DNA of 64,000 nt from an uncultured bacterium (GCA_903832855.1 CAILDB010000014.1:64144-128143), one strand, 5' to 3'; positions 9,520 through 19,640 are shown, numbered from the stretch's first letter. Notes: generated by a model not told the origin, from the letters alone. Program-made: numbers and translations.

Positions 9520-10362
9520 ATGGAAATAAAATATATTGATATTCACTCGCACCTTGGTTTTGAGGATTATGGCGAGGATCAAAAAGAGGTGATAAAGAGA
9601 ATGCAGGAAGCTGGGGTTGCGACTATTGTAGTGGGGGCGGATTTGGCAAGTTCAAAAGAAGCTGTGAAAGTAGCAACTGAGAATGAAAATGTTTGGGCCT
9701 GCATTGGAATGCATCCGAATCACAATGTGGTGGAAGTTTTTGATGAGAAAGAATATGAAGAACTTGTAAAAAATCCTAAAGTTGTGGCGGTGGGGGAATG
9801 TGGTTTGGATTATCATATAGCACCCGATTTGTCTTTGCGAGGTAATCCGAAGCAAACCAGACCTGATTCTCTGGATTGCTTCACTTCGTTCGCAATGACA
9901 GAGAAGAAGCAGAAGCAAAAAGATGACTTTATAAAACAAATTGAACTTGCGATAAAATACAAGAAGCCCCTTATGCTTCATATTCGTGATGCTCATGATG
10001 ACGCATATGAAATTCTTAAAAAATATGAAGGAAAAGTTTTTGGAAATTTACATTTTTTCACTTCGACATTAGAAAATGCAAATAGATTTATTGCCCTTGG
10101 ATTTACTATCTCATTTCCGGGAATTATTACCTATGTCAAGGACCTTGACACCATAGTGAAGTCAATACCCCTTGAAATGATGCACGCCGAAACTGATTCT
10201 CCATTTGCCTCTCCTGTACCATACCGTGGCAAAAGAAATGAACCGTCATATGTGATAGAAGTTTACAAAAAAATCGCTGAAATCCGTGGAGAAGATTTTG
10301 AAGTCGTTCGTCAACAATTATTAAATAATGCCCGAAGATTGTTTGATATCTCTTTTGTATAA
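9520..10362 (+). CDS. tatD: TatD family metal-dependent hydrolase, with in-frame repeat insertion
   Basis: IDIHSHLGFEDY and GECGLDYH motifs; ~25-aa insertion LSLRGNPKQTRPDSLDCFTSFAMTEKK encoded by the family-2 repeat. Confidence 0.8.
   Translation: MEIKYIDIHSHLGFEDYGEDQKEVIKRMQEAGVATIVVGADLASSKEAVKVATENENVWACIGMHPNHNVVEVFDEKEYEELVKNPKVVAVGECGLDYHIAPDLSLRGNPKQTRPDSLDCFTSFAMTEKKQKQKDDFIKQIELAIKYKKPLMLHIRDAHDDAYEILKKYEGKVFGNLHFFTSTLENANRFIALGFTISFPGIITYVKDLDTIVKSIPLEMMHAETDSPFASPVPYRGKRNEPSYVIEVYKKIAEIRGEDFEVVRQQLLNNARRLFDISFV
9831..9903 (+). repeat. Family-2 palindromic element inserted in-frame in tatD
   Basis: gtctttgcgag...gattgcttcacttcgttcgcaatgacagag; homologous to 40791-40868 and partial copy at 27227. 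Confidence 0.75.
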
Positions 10363-10383
10363 TTATACACAAGAAAAAGCATG

Positions 10384-10421
10384 CCCCGTAGTAAGAAATT
10401 CTGATTTCTTTACTACTGGGG
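10384..10421 (+). terminator. CCCCGTAGTAA..TTACTACGGGG hairpin family (terminator-like) after tatD
   Basis: ccccgtagtaagaaattctgatttctttactactgggg; related copies at 41754, 55952 and split arms at 15283/15386. Confidence 0.6.
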
Positions 10422-10625
10422 TCCGTCTGCAACTTTTAGAAAATGCGAGGAAACTTTTTGGAATAAATCTGTCAAAATAACTCTATTTTAGACATCTTTT
10501 CAAATCGTTGATTTATTATTTGTATGGGTGTATAACATTATGTAGATAAGGAAGGTTCTTTGAATATATGAGATAGGAATAAATAGGGTTTGCCAAAACC
10601 TAACAACACAAGAAAGAAGGAAGTC

Positions 10626-12362
10626 ATGAAAACATTTTTGATGCTGATGCTGGTATTGCTTTGCAGTTTTGCAACTGCAGGAACTTACTATTGTTCCACG
10701 AGCGGATTATCTATATATCCGTATACGAATGCCGTTATGGCTGGAACTAATATGTATGCTGTTGCTCAAGCCATGAATACGGTCGGAGACAACAGCGGAA
10801 ACATCATCATTGTGGCGGAAGGTATTTTTCCTTGCCGTGCCGTGAAATTACAGAAAGATGTTTCCATTAAAGGCACTGGACCTGCGACCACTATATTGGA
10901 CGGAGGTTGGGTGGCCGGCAATAGTGTTCTGTCATCTCCGTGGTTGTATAACATAAATTTGGAAGTGACAGATGTTACGATACAACACGGAACCGCATCC
11001 ACCGGATATTATTCCGGCCTATCGGGTGGCGGACTGGCAGTGGATCGTGCAAATAGTGTCGTGCTGAAAAACTGTGTCATCGCTGACAATGGTGACTCTT
11101 CAACGCACTTCGGTGGTGGCATAGCAGCAGGACCAGCGGATGTAACTGCGATTGATTGTGTATTTTCAAACAATATGGCTTTGCATTCTGGAGGTGGAGT
11201 TTGGATTTACAACAATTCATCGTCGTCGTTTACGCGATGTATTTTTGAGGGCAATATGATATCCCTTGCTTTTGAAGGCATGGGTGGTGCTGGTGGCGGT
11301 TTGGATGCGGATGCCACCGACAGCAGTTTGAGTCTGACCGTGGACAGTTGCATATTCAGGAATAACATTAGCGGTTTGGGTGGCGGTCTTTATTTATCAG
11401 CAAGGCATGGAAACTCTAGTGTTCGTAATTGTCTGTTTCAAAACAATTGGGCACTTGGTAGCGCCGGATCTTCTGTTGGTGGTGGCATAATGGGTGGGAT
11501 AGTTGATTGTGTTGGAATACTGGAACTTTCTCATCTGACAATTACCGGCAACCATGCTGATTATTATGCGGGTGGAATTAAATTTGGAGGTGGCAGGACA
11601 TATCTGGAAAATTCAATTATATGGGGAAATTCTGCACCAACAAATGAGAATTGGCAGGTGAAAGATATTGATTTAATTCCGCATTCGATATCGTATTATA
11701 GGGGCAGTATCATATGCTCTTATATGTTGGTTGTTCCATTGATCGAGGATCCTCGACAATTCTACAATGTGTCGTACGTCTGCACTTCTCCTTTGACTAA
11801 CAGAGTGGAATGGCAGAGCTGTATAGACACAAATCCAATGTTTGTGACCAGTGACTGTAAACTGGACTGGTCGTCTCCGTGCGTTGGCGTATGTCCTGTG
11901 ACTACAACGACAAATGACATGCGCGGATATCCACGGCCCATACCTGGAAAAACAGGCACAGATATGGGTTGCTGGGAAATGGCAAATCCTGTCAGTGACT
12001 ACATTGGAGATAATATCCCAACATGGTGGAAAGAGCGGTACGGTCTAAATGTATTTGGCATCAGCAGTGCTGATTTGGACTTTGATAATGATAGCGTAGG
12101 CAACTACAGCGAGTGGATTGCTGACACAGACCCGACAAATAACCTATCATACCTACATATCAATAAAATATTCAAATCAACAAATACCGTTTTGTTCTTT
12201 ACAGCATCAAGCAATAGGACATACACAATCATGTCGTCGTCTAATCTAGTAAGTTGGACGACCGTTCTGACGAACTTGAATCTTGCGGGAGCAAGTCAAG
12301 TGGCGGTACCTGTGCAGAGTGTGCCGGAGTACTACCGAGTTAGAGCGCGTATGAACTATTGA
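10626..12362 (+). CDS. Secreted right-handed parallel beta-helix repeat protein, hypothetical
   Basis: Start moved to Met13 (SD aaggaag 5 nt upstream; signal peptide MKTFLMLMLVLLCSFATA); repeated NN..G.GGG beta-helix motifs; GC-richer than neighbours. Confidence 0.55.
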   Translation: MKTFLMLMLVLLCSFATAGTYYCSTSGLSIYPYTNAVMAGTNMYAVAQAMNTVGDNSGNIIIVAEGIFPCRAVKLQKDVSIKGTGPATTILDGGWVAGNSVLSSPWLYNINLEVTDVTIQHGTASTGYYSGLSGGGLAVDRANSVVLKNCVIADNGDSSTHFGGGIAAGPADVTAIDCVFSNNMALHSGGGVWIYNNSSSSFTRCIFEGNMISLAFEGMGGAGGGLDADATDSSLSLTVDSCIFRNNISGLGGGLYLSARHGNSSVRNCLFQNNWALGSAGSSVGGGIMGGIVDCVGILELSHLTITGNHADYYAGGIKFGGGRTYLENSIIWGNSAPTNENWQVKDIDLIPHSISYYRGSIICSYMLVVPLIEDPRQFYNVSYVCTSPLTNRVEWQSCIDTNPMFVTSDCKLDWSSPCVGVCPVTTTTNDMRGYPRPIPGKTGTDMGCWEMANPVSDYIGDNIPTWWKERYGLNVFGISSADLDFDNDSVGNYSEWIADTDPTNNLSYLHINKIFKSTNTVLFFTASSNRTYTIMSSSNLVSWTTVLTNLNLAGASQVAVPVQSVPEYYRVRARMNY

Positions 12363-12401
12363 ATTGAAAAAATCAACGAGGCTTAAAGGGCGTCGTTGGT
12401 T

Positions 12402-12436
12402 GGCGCCCGCATCGGATGCGGGCGCCTTTTTATTTT
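12402..12436 (+). terminator. Intrinsic terminator
   Basis: ggcgcccgcatcggatgcgggcgcc + tttttatttt. Confidence 0.7.
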
Positions 12437-12457
12437 CCTAAAAAATGTGTTATCGTA

Positions 12458-13339
12458 ATGATTATGGAACTCAAACATTCAGTATTAAAAACCCAAGCAA
12501 GTGCGAACTACGAGCTCTTGGATAGTGGTGACGGAGAAAAGCTCGAAAGATACGGCGAGTATGTTTTGCGTAGGCCAGATCCGCAAGCTCTTTGGAAAAA
12601 ATCATTATCTGAGGATGAATGGAAAAAAGCAGATGGATATTTTTTCCGTGAAAATGGAAAAACTGGCTGGAAAAAAAGTGTGAGTATGCCAAACGAGTGG
12701 CAAATATCTTTTGATGATTTATATTTTAATATTAAACCAACAGCTTTCAAACACACTGGAGTTTTCCCAGAGCAGGAATCAAATTGGAAATGGATTAAAG
12801 AAGTTGTAAAAAAATCTGGGCGACCAGTTAAAATTCTCAATCTTTTTGGATACACTGGAGGTGCAACCCTTGCCGGACTTTCTGCTGGAGCAGAAGTTAC
12901 ACACATTGATGCTTCAAAATCTACAATTACTTGGGCGAAAGAAAATGCAGTGTTGTCTGGGCTGAAAGATATGCCAGTAAGATGGCTTGTGGATGATGCT
13001 AGAAAGTTTGTGACAAGAGAAATAAAAAGAGGAAATAAATATGATGCAATAATAATGGACCCGCCATCCTTCGGCAGGGGAGGAAAAGGAGAAGTTTGGG
13101 AAATTGAAGGGGATATGATGAAGCTTATAGATGACTGTGCCAAAATCCTTTCTGACAAGCCACTTTTCTTTTTGATAAATGGCTATGCTTCAGGATATTC
13201 TGCCGAATCCTACAAAAACATTCTTTCCCCTACAGTAGAAAAATATGGCGGTGAAATGGAATTCGGTGAGCTGACAATTGAAGAATCAAAATCCGGCCGT
13301 CTCTTACCTTGCGGAATTTTCGCAAGGTGGAATGCATAA
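12458..13339 (+). CDS. Class I SAM-dependent rRNA methyltransferase (RlmI/RlmK-like)
   Basis: LNLFGYTGGATLA, IDASKS and IIMDPPSFGRG motifs; start placed after the upstream terminator. Confidence 0.6.
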   Translation: MIMELKHSVLKTQASANYELLDSGDGEKLERYGEYVLRRPDPQALWKKSLSEDEWKKADGYFFRENGKTGWKKSVSMPNEWQISFDDLYFNIKPTAFKHTGVFPEQESNWKWIKEVVKKSGRPVKILNLFGYTGGATLAGLSAGAEVTHIDASKSTITWAKENAVLSGLKDMPVRWLVDDARKFVTREIKRGNKYDAIIMDPPSFGRGGKGEVWEIEGDMMKLIDDCAKILSDKPLFFLINGYASGYSAESYKNILSPTVEKYGGEMEFGELTIEESKSGRLLPCGIFARWNA

Positions 13340-13499
13340 GAAAAGACCAAAAATTTTGTTAGGGATGGCGATCCTGTTCCTTTTGAAATGCCTTGGGAGG
13401 AGTGGTCTGACGACGGACAGAGAAAATTTCTAGCAAGAAATTTTCGTGCAGTTCAAAAGGAATAGGTCGACAGGACCCCGTGAAATTTTTGGTCATTTC
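13340..13499 (+). repeat. Structured hairpin element, copy 1 (core ttccttttgaaat ... atttcaaaaggaa)
   Basis: Outer 17-bp stem gaaaagaccaaaaattt/aaatttttggtcatttc; conserved inner arms shared with the copy at 61187; variable 58-nt loop with its own hairpin. Confidence 0.6.
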
Positions 13500-13559
13500 T
13501 TTTCGACGATTTTGTGCTATACTATCAGTATTATCAGCTTATTAACCTAATTAAATAAT

Positions 13560-14390
13560 ATGGAACAAAATAATCAAAATACAAATGCAGGAGAAGTATG
13601 TAATTGCAAAATGTGTCAGAAATGGGGATGGTGTCCTGCAGGTAAGGGACACAAAATAGTCACAGTTATTATATGGGTAATTGTCATTGCTTTTGTTGTT
13701 AGTTTTTTTGCTGGTGGTCATGGATACAATAAAAACAATATTCAAAAAGATACAATCACCGTTTCTGGTAAAGGTGAAGTTGTAGTGAAGCCAGATTTGG
13801 CGACAGTTTCTTTTTCTGTGACATCAGAAAGTTTGGATGTTTCAAAAGCGACAGATCAGGTTAATAAAAAAATGGCAGATGTCGTCAGTGGTTTGAAAGC
13901 CGACGGAGTGGATGAAAAAGATATTAAGACTACAGATTATAGTATTTACCCAAGATATAATTATGTAAATAACGGGACCTACACATACGGAGGTACACAG
14001 GTTTTGGCAGCATATGTCGTTACCCAAAGTATACAATTAAAAATAAGAGATTTGACGAAAGCCGGACAAATTATCACAGATTTAGGAAAGTTGAGCGTTA
14101 CAAATATGGGAGGGCTTACTTTCACTGTTGATAAGGAAGACGTTGTAAAAGTACAAGCTAGAGATTTGGCAGTACAAGATGCTAGAGCTCAAGCAAAAAT
14201 TTTGGCAAAAAGTTTGGGAGTGCGATTGGTAAAAATAACTGCTTTTTCTGAATCAGGGAATTATCCGGTTTATTATGACATGATGAGTAAATCATCTCAG
14301 GGTATGGGAGCCGCCTCGGCCCCTGCTGTGATTCCTACCGGACAGAACACCATTACTTCAAATGTGAGTATTACTTACGAAATCAGGTAG
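13560..14390 (+). CDS. SIMPL domain (DUF541) membrane-anchored protein
   Basis: N-terminal TM, then ITVSGKGEVVVKPDLATVSFSV... typical of SIMPL/BP26. Confidence 0.65.
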   Translation: MEQNNQNTNAGEVCNCKMCQKWGWCPAGKGHKIVTVIIWVIVIAFVVSFFAGGHGYNKNNIQKDTITVSGKGEVVVKPDLATVSFSVTSESLDVSKATDQVNKKMADVVSGLKADGVDEKDIKTTDYSIYPRYNYVNNGTYTYGGTQVLAAYVVTQSIQLKIRDLTKAGQIITDLGKLSVTNMGGLTFTVDKEDVVKVQARDLAVQDARAQAKILAKSLGVRLVKITAFSESGNYPVYYDMMSKSSQGMGAASAPAVIPTGQNTITSNVSITYEIR

Positions 14391-14473
14391 GCCCTTGCTT
14401 TTTGTCCCGAAGTGTACTAGTATTAAAAGACCTCGGGAACGGGGTTTTTTAATAAAAATCTTACTAAAATTTT

Positions 14474-14659
14474 ATGTCAAAAATAACAGAATATATTTTG
14501 GAAACAAAAGCAGAAATGAAGCATGTGAGCTGGCCTACCAGAAAACAAACAGTTATTTATACAATAATAATTGCGGCTGTTTCTGTTGGTATCTCCATTT
14601 ATCTCGGATTTTTTGATTACATTTTTTCAGTTGCACTTCAAAAATTTATTGGGTTTTAA
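14474..14659 (+). CDS. secE: Preprotein translocase subunit SecE
   Basis: 61 aa, single C-terminal TM; lies immediately upstream of nusG. Confidence 0.7.
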   Translation: MSKITEYILETKAEMKHVSWPTRKQTVIYTIIIAAVSVGISIYLGFFDYIFSVALQKFIGF

Positions 14660-14677
14660 TTTTTTTCACAAACAAAA

Positions 14678-15223
14678 ATGGCAAAACAAAGTATAGAAGA
14701 AGGACGAAATTGGTACGCTATTCACACCTACGCTGGGTATGAAAATGCTGTTGCCAGAAATCTAAAACAAAGAATTGAATCCTTAAACATGCAGGACAAG
14801 ATTTTTAACGTGGTTGTTCCTGTGGAAAAAACAATAAAAATTAAAGGTGCAAAAAGGGTAGAGTCAGAAGACAAAATTTATCCAGGGTACATTCTAGTAG
14901 ATATGATGGTTACAGATGATTCTTGGTTTGTTGTCCGAAATACTCCGCGTGTTACGGGGTTTGTCGGCACAGGTGTTCACCCCGTTCCTCTTTCAAAAGC
15001 CGAAGTTGATTTCTTCCTTGGCAATATGAATAGCCAGACAGTCACCCACAATGTAGATGTCGCTGTTGGAGATATCGTAAAGATTGCAGACGGACCATTC
15101 AAAGACCTTGAAGGAAGGATTGATGAAGTGGATGCAGAAAAAGGAAAAGCAAAAGTTATGGTTTTGATGTTTGGAAGAGAAACTTCAGTCGAGCTTGATC
15201 TTTTGCAAATCAGAAAGATGTAA
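14678..15223 (+). CDS. nusG: Transcription antitermination factor NusG
   Basis: NGN domain (WYAIHTYAGYENAV) and KOW motif (VGDIVKIADGPFKDLEGRI). Confidence 0.85.
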   Translation: MAKQSIEEGRNWYAIHTYAGYENAVARNLKQRIESLNMQDKIFNVVVPVEKTIKIKGAKRVESEDKIYPGYILVDMMVTDDSWFVVRNTPRVTGFVGTGVHPVPLSKAEVDFFLGNMNSQTVTHNVDVAVGDIVKIADGPFKDLEGRIDEVDAEKGKAKVMVLMFGRETSVELDLLQIRKM

Positions 15224-15282
15224 GCTTTACTTTATTGAGCTTTTCTGATACTTTAGTCAGGCCTCTAAGCAAATTATTTATC

Positions 15283-15408
15283 CCGTAGTAAATTTCAAAT
15301 CATTTTGTTTTTACAAGGGTTAAGTCAAATAAGTCGAAATTATTATTTTAATTAAGAAATTTCAAAAAGTTATTATAAGTATAAAAACAATTTGAAATTT
15401 TACTATCG
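15283..15408. repeat. 21-bp inverted repeat (atcccgtagtaaatttcaaat / atttgaaattttactatcgggat) bracketing the rplK leader
   Basis: Arms at 15283-15303 and 15386-15408; same CCCGTAGTAA family as the terminator hairpins. Confidence 0.5.
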
Positions 15409-15410
15409 GG

Positions 15411-15833
15411 ATGGCAAAGAAAATAACAAAAAAATTAAAACTTCAAATTCCCGCAGGGAAGGCGACACCAGCTCCACCTATTGGTCCAGCTCTTGGACAG
15501 GCAGGTATTAACATTGGTGATTTCGTCAATAAATTTAACACTGCAAGTAAAGACAGAATAGGAGATATTCTCCCGGTTATTATCACCGTTTATGAAGACA
15601 GAACATATGACTTCGTCCTAAAACAGCCACCAACAGCCAGCATGATTCTAAAGGCTTTAGGCATTGAAAAGGGCTCAGGTAAGCCAAATACAAGCAAAGT
15701 CGGAGTTCTCACAAAAGCCCAAGTCAAAGCCATTGCAGAGAAGAAAATGGTAGATATGAATGCCGTGGACATTGCCGGTGCAATGAAAATGGTAGAAGGT
15801 GCAGCAAGATCAATGGGGATAGATGTGAAGTAA
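15411..15833 (+). CDS. rplK: 50S ribosomal protein L11
   Basis: [22 protein letters not shown] motif. Confidence 0.9.
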   Translation: MAKKITKKLKLQIPAGKATPAPPIGPALGQAGINIGDFVNKFNTASKDRIGDILPVIITVYEDRTYDFVLKQPPTASMILKALGIEKGSGKPNTSKVGVLTKAQVKAIAEKKMVDMNAVDIAGAMKMVEGAARSMGIDVK

Positions 15834-15948
15834 GAAACATCTATCGGCCGGAGGTTGACGAACCGAGGCGTGCCCAGGCAACTTTTTAGCAAAAAAGTAT
15901 GCGTGGGTGGATGTCAAATAAGGCTTAAAACAAATTACAAACAAAAAA

Positions 15949-15968
15949 CCGCCTCACGGCGGTTTTTT
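15949..15968. terminator. Bidirectional intrinsic terminator
   Basis: aaaaaaccgcc-tcac-ggcggtttttt. Confidence 0.6.
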
Positions 15969-16001
15969 GTTGAAAATAATGTATAATTACAAGAACATAA
16001 A

Positions 16002-16598
16002 ATGAAAAAGGAAAAAACTTTATTAATAATCAAACCGGATGGTGTAGAGAGATCTCTTATCGGCCAGATAATAAAAAGACACGAAAGGGTTGGATTGAAA
16101 CTCGTGGCGTTGAAATTTCTCGTTCCCACTGTAGAAATGATAGAGAGTCATTACACAGTAGATCCGGAATGGCTTAGGAAAGTCGGTCAAAAAACAATTG
16201 ACGGCTACAGAGCAAAAAATATTTTGCCTCCTTCGGAAGATCCTGTAGAAAACGGTAAAAATGTTTTGAGACGACTCACAAAATATATGAAAAGCGGACC
16301 GGTCGTCGCAATGGTTTGGCAGGGGGCCCACTCTGTGGGGATTGTTAGAAAAATTGTTGGTGGAACAGAACCGCTTAATTCAGATGTCGGAACTATTAGG
16401 GGAGATTTTGTTACGGACTCGTACATAATTTCTGGAGCCGATGACAGGGCGGTAAGAAATGTTGTTCATGCATCAGGTTCTGTAGAAGAAGCAGAAAAAG
16501 AAATTAAGTTATGGTTTGGTTCGAAAGAAATTTTAAATTATCGTTTGATACAAGAAGAGGTTCTATATGATGTAAATTTGGATGGAATTTTGGAATAA
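16002..16598 (+). CDS. ndk: Nucleoside diphosphate kinase (with C-terminal extension)
   Basis: LLIIKPDGVERSLIG and NVVHASGSVEEAEKEI motifs. Confidence 0.85.
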   Translation: MKKEKTLLIIKPDGVERSLIGQIIKRHERVGLKLVALKFLVPTVEMIESHYTVDPEWLRKVGQKTIDGYRAKNILPPSEDPVENGKNVLRRLTKYMKSGPVVAMVWQGAHSVGIVRKIVGGTEPLNSDVGTIRGDFVTDSYIISGADDRAVRNVVHASGSVEEAEKEIKLWFGSKEILNYRLIQEEVLYDVNLDGILE

Positions 16599-16683
16599 AG
16601 TTTTTTATGATTCTTGACTTAGCTTTGACATCTGATAGTCTTTTCTCTAGAGAGTCGTTGTAACAAATAGAGAGGAGCTAGAG

Positions 16684-17250
16684 ATGAGAACTGCATTGTC
16701 GATCTGTGCTTTGCCTGGTGGTCACTTACCTGAACGAAAAACGCGCGGGGCAATAGGTTATGACACCTACCTTCGCGCTGTTGTATCTGCGACTGAAATG
16801 GATCCAACAAATCCAAATCTTCGCAAGACACTTTTTGACTTCGTGCACATACCGACGGATGAGACTGTTCGGCACGTTTTCACGAACGCTGATGGTAAGC
16901 ATGTTTACAGGATGGATCCGCACGAGTCGGTTCTCGTGGGTATTGGTTTCGTAACTCAGATGGTTTTCCCGATGTTTTATTGGGTAGCACCGAGAAGTGG
17001 TCTCGCCTCAAAGTGGGGCATTACGGTCACCAATGCTCCAGGCACGGTTGATCCTGATTATCGAGGCGAAGCAGGGGTCCTTGTGTACAATCGTAATAAG
17101 ACAACCTTTGATCTGGAGCACAACATGCGGATTGCCCAGATTATCTTTCAGATGGCGCTGATTCCAAGGTTCAAGGTGGTCAAGAAGGTTACTAACCTTG
17201 GACAAACCCATCGTGGAGTCGGGGGTTTTGGTTCAACGGGTTTGAGATGA
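16684..17250 (+). CDS. dut: dUTP diphosphatase (trimeric dUTPase)
   Basis: AIGYD and VDPDYRGE motifs; noticeably GC-richer than flanking genes. Confidence 0.7.
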   Translation: MRTALSICALPGGHLPERKTRGAIGYDTYLRAVVSATEMDPTNPNLRKTLFDFVHIPTDETVRHVFTNADGKHVYRMDPHESVLVGIGFVTQMVFPMFYWVAPRSGLASKWGITVTNAPGTVDPDYRGEAGVLVYNRNKTTFDLEHNMRIAQIIFQMALIPRFKVVKKVTNLGQTHRGVGGFGSTGLR

Positions 17251-17259
17251 TCTTTCCCG

Positions 17260-17292
17260 GCCTGCAGAGTACGGAACTCTGCAGGCTTTTTT
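17260..17292 (+). terminator. Intrinsic terminator after dut
   Basis: gcctgcagag-tacggaa-ctctgcaggc + ttttttg. Confidence 0.7.
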
Positions 17293-17326
17293 GTATATTT
17301 TAATTTTAAAGAGTATAATTTAGTTT

Positions 17327-17824
17327 ATGGAAAAAGAAAACAAAAATGATAGACCAAGCTGGGATCAATATTTTATTGATATAATGCATATCGTTGGTGA
17401 GAGAGGAACCTGTGATCGTGGTAAATCCGGATGCGTTCTTGTTAAAGACAAAAGAATTATTTCCACTGGTTATGTGGGTGCTCCGGCAGGATGTAAACAC
17501 TGCGATGAATCCGGTCATGAAATGCACACTGTGATTCAGGAAGATGGTACACAATCGAAACATTGCATAAGAACAACCCATGCTGAACAGAATGCAATCG
17601 TTCAGGCTGCTAGATTTGGTATTCCAACTAACGGATCAACTATGTATTCCAAAATGACGCCATGCTATGCTTGTGCCAAAATGATTATTAATTCTGGTAT
17701 TAAGCGAGTCGTGTCTGAAGGTGATTATCATGCAGGTTCTCGTAGTAAAGAAATTTTTAAAGAAGCTGGGGTTGAGTTTGTTTTACTAAATGATGTCATG
17801 ACGACTTATGCGAATATGAAATAA
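17327..17824 (+). CDS. dCMP deaminase (cytidine/deoxycytidylate deaminase family)
   Basis: HAEQNAI and PCYACAKMIINSGIKRV zinc-binding motifs. Confidence 0.8.
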   Translation: MEKENKNDRPSWDQYFIDIMHIVGERGTCDRGKSGCVLVKDKRIISTGYVGAPAGCKHCDESGHEMHTVIQEDGTQSKHCIRTTHAEQNAIVQAARFGIPTNGSTMYSKMTPCYACAKMIINSGIKRVVSEGDYHAGSRSKEIFKEAGVEFVLLNDVMTTYANMK

Positions 17825-17826
17825 TT

Positions 17827-18378
17827 ATGAGAAATATTTTAGCATTAGTTGGATTGCCGGGATCTGGAAAAACAGAAGCGATAAACCATCTCATGGAGAA
17901 GTATAAATGGCCAAAGGTTTACTTTGGTGATGTCACTTTTGATGAGATGAAAGTGCGCAATCTTGAAATAAATGAAAAAAATGAGAGATTTGTCAGAGAA
18001 GATTTGAGAATTAAATTTGGTCAATTGCATTACGCAAAAAAAGTTATTGAAAAAATTAAAGCTATGCAAGACCAGAATATTTTGGTTGAAAGTCTTTATA
18101 GCTGGGAAGAATATTTGGAATTTATAAAAGAATTCGGGGATGAATTTAGGGTCTTGGCTGTCTATTCTTCGCCAAATAAACGCATTGAAAGATTGGCAAA
18201 TCGTCCACATCGTCCATTAACAAGGGAAGAGGTTATTTCTAGGGATTATTCACAAATAGAGAATCTTCATCAAGCTGGCCCTATCGCTAGGGCTGATTTT
18301 ACTGTTATAAATGAAAGTTCAAAAGAAGATTTGCTTATTCAAATAGATAAAGTGATTGATCAACTCAAAATAAAATAA
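17827..18378 (+). CDS. P-loop NTPase, putative nucleoside/nucleotide kinase
   Basis: Walker A LVGLPGSGKTE; sits inside the dNTP-metabolism cluster. Confidence 0.45.
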   Translation: MRNILALVGLPGSGKTEAINHLMEKYKWPKVYFGDVTFDEMKVRNLEINEKNERFVREDLRIKFGQLHYAKKVIEKIKAMQDQNILVESLYSWEEYLEFIKEFGDEFRVLAVYSSPNKRIERLANRPHRPLTREEVISRDYSQIENLHQAGPIARADFTVINESSKEDLLIQIDKVIDQLKIK

Positions 18379-18446
18379 TTGCTATTAGCTTTTTTATCTG
18401 GTATCTTTTAAATAGAGATCTTTAACTCAAACAAAAAGGAAAATAA

Positions 18447-19073
18447 ATGAAAAAAGGATTGTTTATAGTAGTGGATAGTGGAGAGGGTGCTGGAAAGACT
18501 TCGCAACTTAATCGTGCGAAAGAAACCTACGGCGATTCTTTGGTTTTGACTCGTGAGCCGGGTGGTTCGCCTTACGCTGAGGAGATTCGGGCTTTGATTT
18601 TGAAATCTCCGAATGCCAGTCAGGCTGATGCTAAGACTTTGTTTGCGCTTTTTTGGGCGGCGAGGGCAGATCATTTGAAGAATACCGTTTTACCGGCTTT
18701 GAAAGCAGGTAAGACGGTGATCACTGACCGCTTCGATTCGTCTACTTTCGCTTATCAGATTATCGCTCAAGGTGCCACAGAGCTGAAAGACTTTTTCTGG
18801 CAAATGCGCGACTTCTATTTGGGCGATCTTAAACCGGATTTGTATATCTACTTTGATATTGATCCGGTTGTCGGTCTTGCCCGTAAACACAAACAGGGTG
18901 GGGAAGAATTGAACCATTTTGAGGCACGACAGATTGATTTTCATAATCGTCTGCGTGAAGGTTTTAAAGAGTTCATTGCCCACGTTCCACACGAAGTAAT
19001 TGACGCAAGTCAGCCGATGGAAAAGGTCTGGGAGGATTTCCATGCTGTCTTGGAGAAGTCTTTTGCGAAGTAA
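18447..19073 (+). CDS. tmk: Thymidylate kinase
   Basis: FIVVDSGEGAGKTSQ P-loop and LTREPGGSP motif. Confidence 0.85.
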   Translation: MKKGLFIVVDSGEGAGKTSQLNRAKETYGDSLVLTREPGGSPYAEEIRALILKSPNASQADAKTLFALFWAARADHLKNTVLPALKAGKTVITDRFDSSTFAYQIIAQGATELKDFFWQMRDFYLGDLKPDLYIYFDIDPVVGLARKHKQGGEELNHFEARQIDFHNRLREGFKEFIAHVPHEVIDASQPMEKVWEDFHAVLEKSFAK

Positions 19074-19128
19074 CTTCGCAAAAGAAAATGGCATCCACGT
19101 GGATGCCATTTTTGTTGCCCGAGATTTC

Positions 19129-19626
19129 TCATCTTCGGACGAACTCTTGAAAAGTAAAGGCACATGAATTCCTGTCGTCTTTGTCGTGGTGTTCTGATGA
19201 TACCAGATTCCAGTCTTCTTTTTCAAAAGCCGGAAAGAAAGCATCACCTTCACATTCGGTAGAGACTTCAGTAATATAAAGTTTGTTTGCTATTGGTAGG
19301 AACTGTTTGTAGATTTCACTTCCTCCGATAACAAAAACCTCCTCTGTGGCGTTTGAAAACATTTTGATTGCTTCATCAACAGATTGGACCACTACACAGC
19401 CGGGAGCGCTGAAATCACTTTGTGAAGTGATAACCACGTTTTTTCTGTCTGGAAGCCCGTGTCCCAATCTTTTGACTATGGATTCATAGGTTTTTCTGCC
19501 CATAATTACTGTGTGACTTTTGGTGATCTTGGCAAAATGCTTCAGATCATCAGGAAGTTTCCACGGAATATCTCCTCCTTTTCCAATCACACTATTTTTG
19601 GCTTTTGCCACAATTATAGATATCAT
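19129..19626 (-). CDS. folA: Dihydrofolate reductase
   Basis: MISIIVAKAKNSVIGKGGDIPWKLPDDLKHF and IMGRKTYES motifs. Confidence 0.85.
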   Translation of the reverse strand: MISIIVAKAKNSVIGKGGDIPWKLPDDLKHFAKITKSHTVIMGRKTYESIVKRLGHGLPDRKNVVITSQSDFSAPGCVVVQSVDEAIKMFSNATEEVFVIGGSEIYKQFLPIANKLYITEVSTECEGDAFFPAFEKEDWNLVSSEHHDKDDRNSCAFTFQEFVRR

Positions 19627-19640
19627 TTTTCCTTTCTTGG

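Noticed and set aside
12508-13158. Minus-strand 216-aa ORF inside the rlmI-like gene
   Set aside because: Antisense to a gene with clear SAM-MTase motifs; Ser/Phe-rich artefact.
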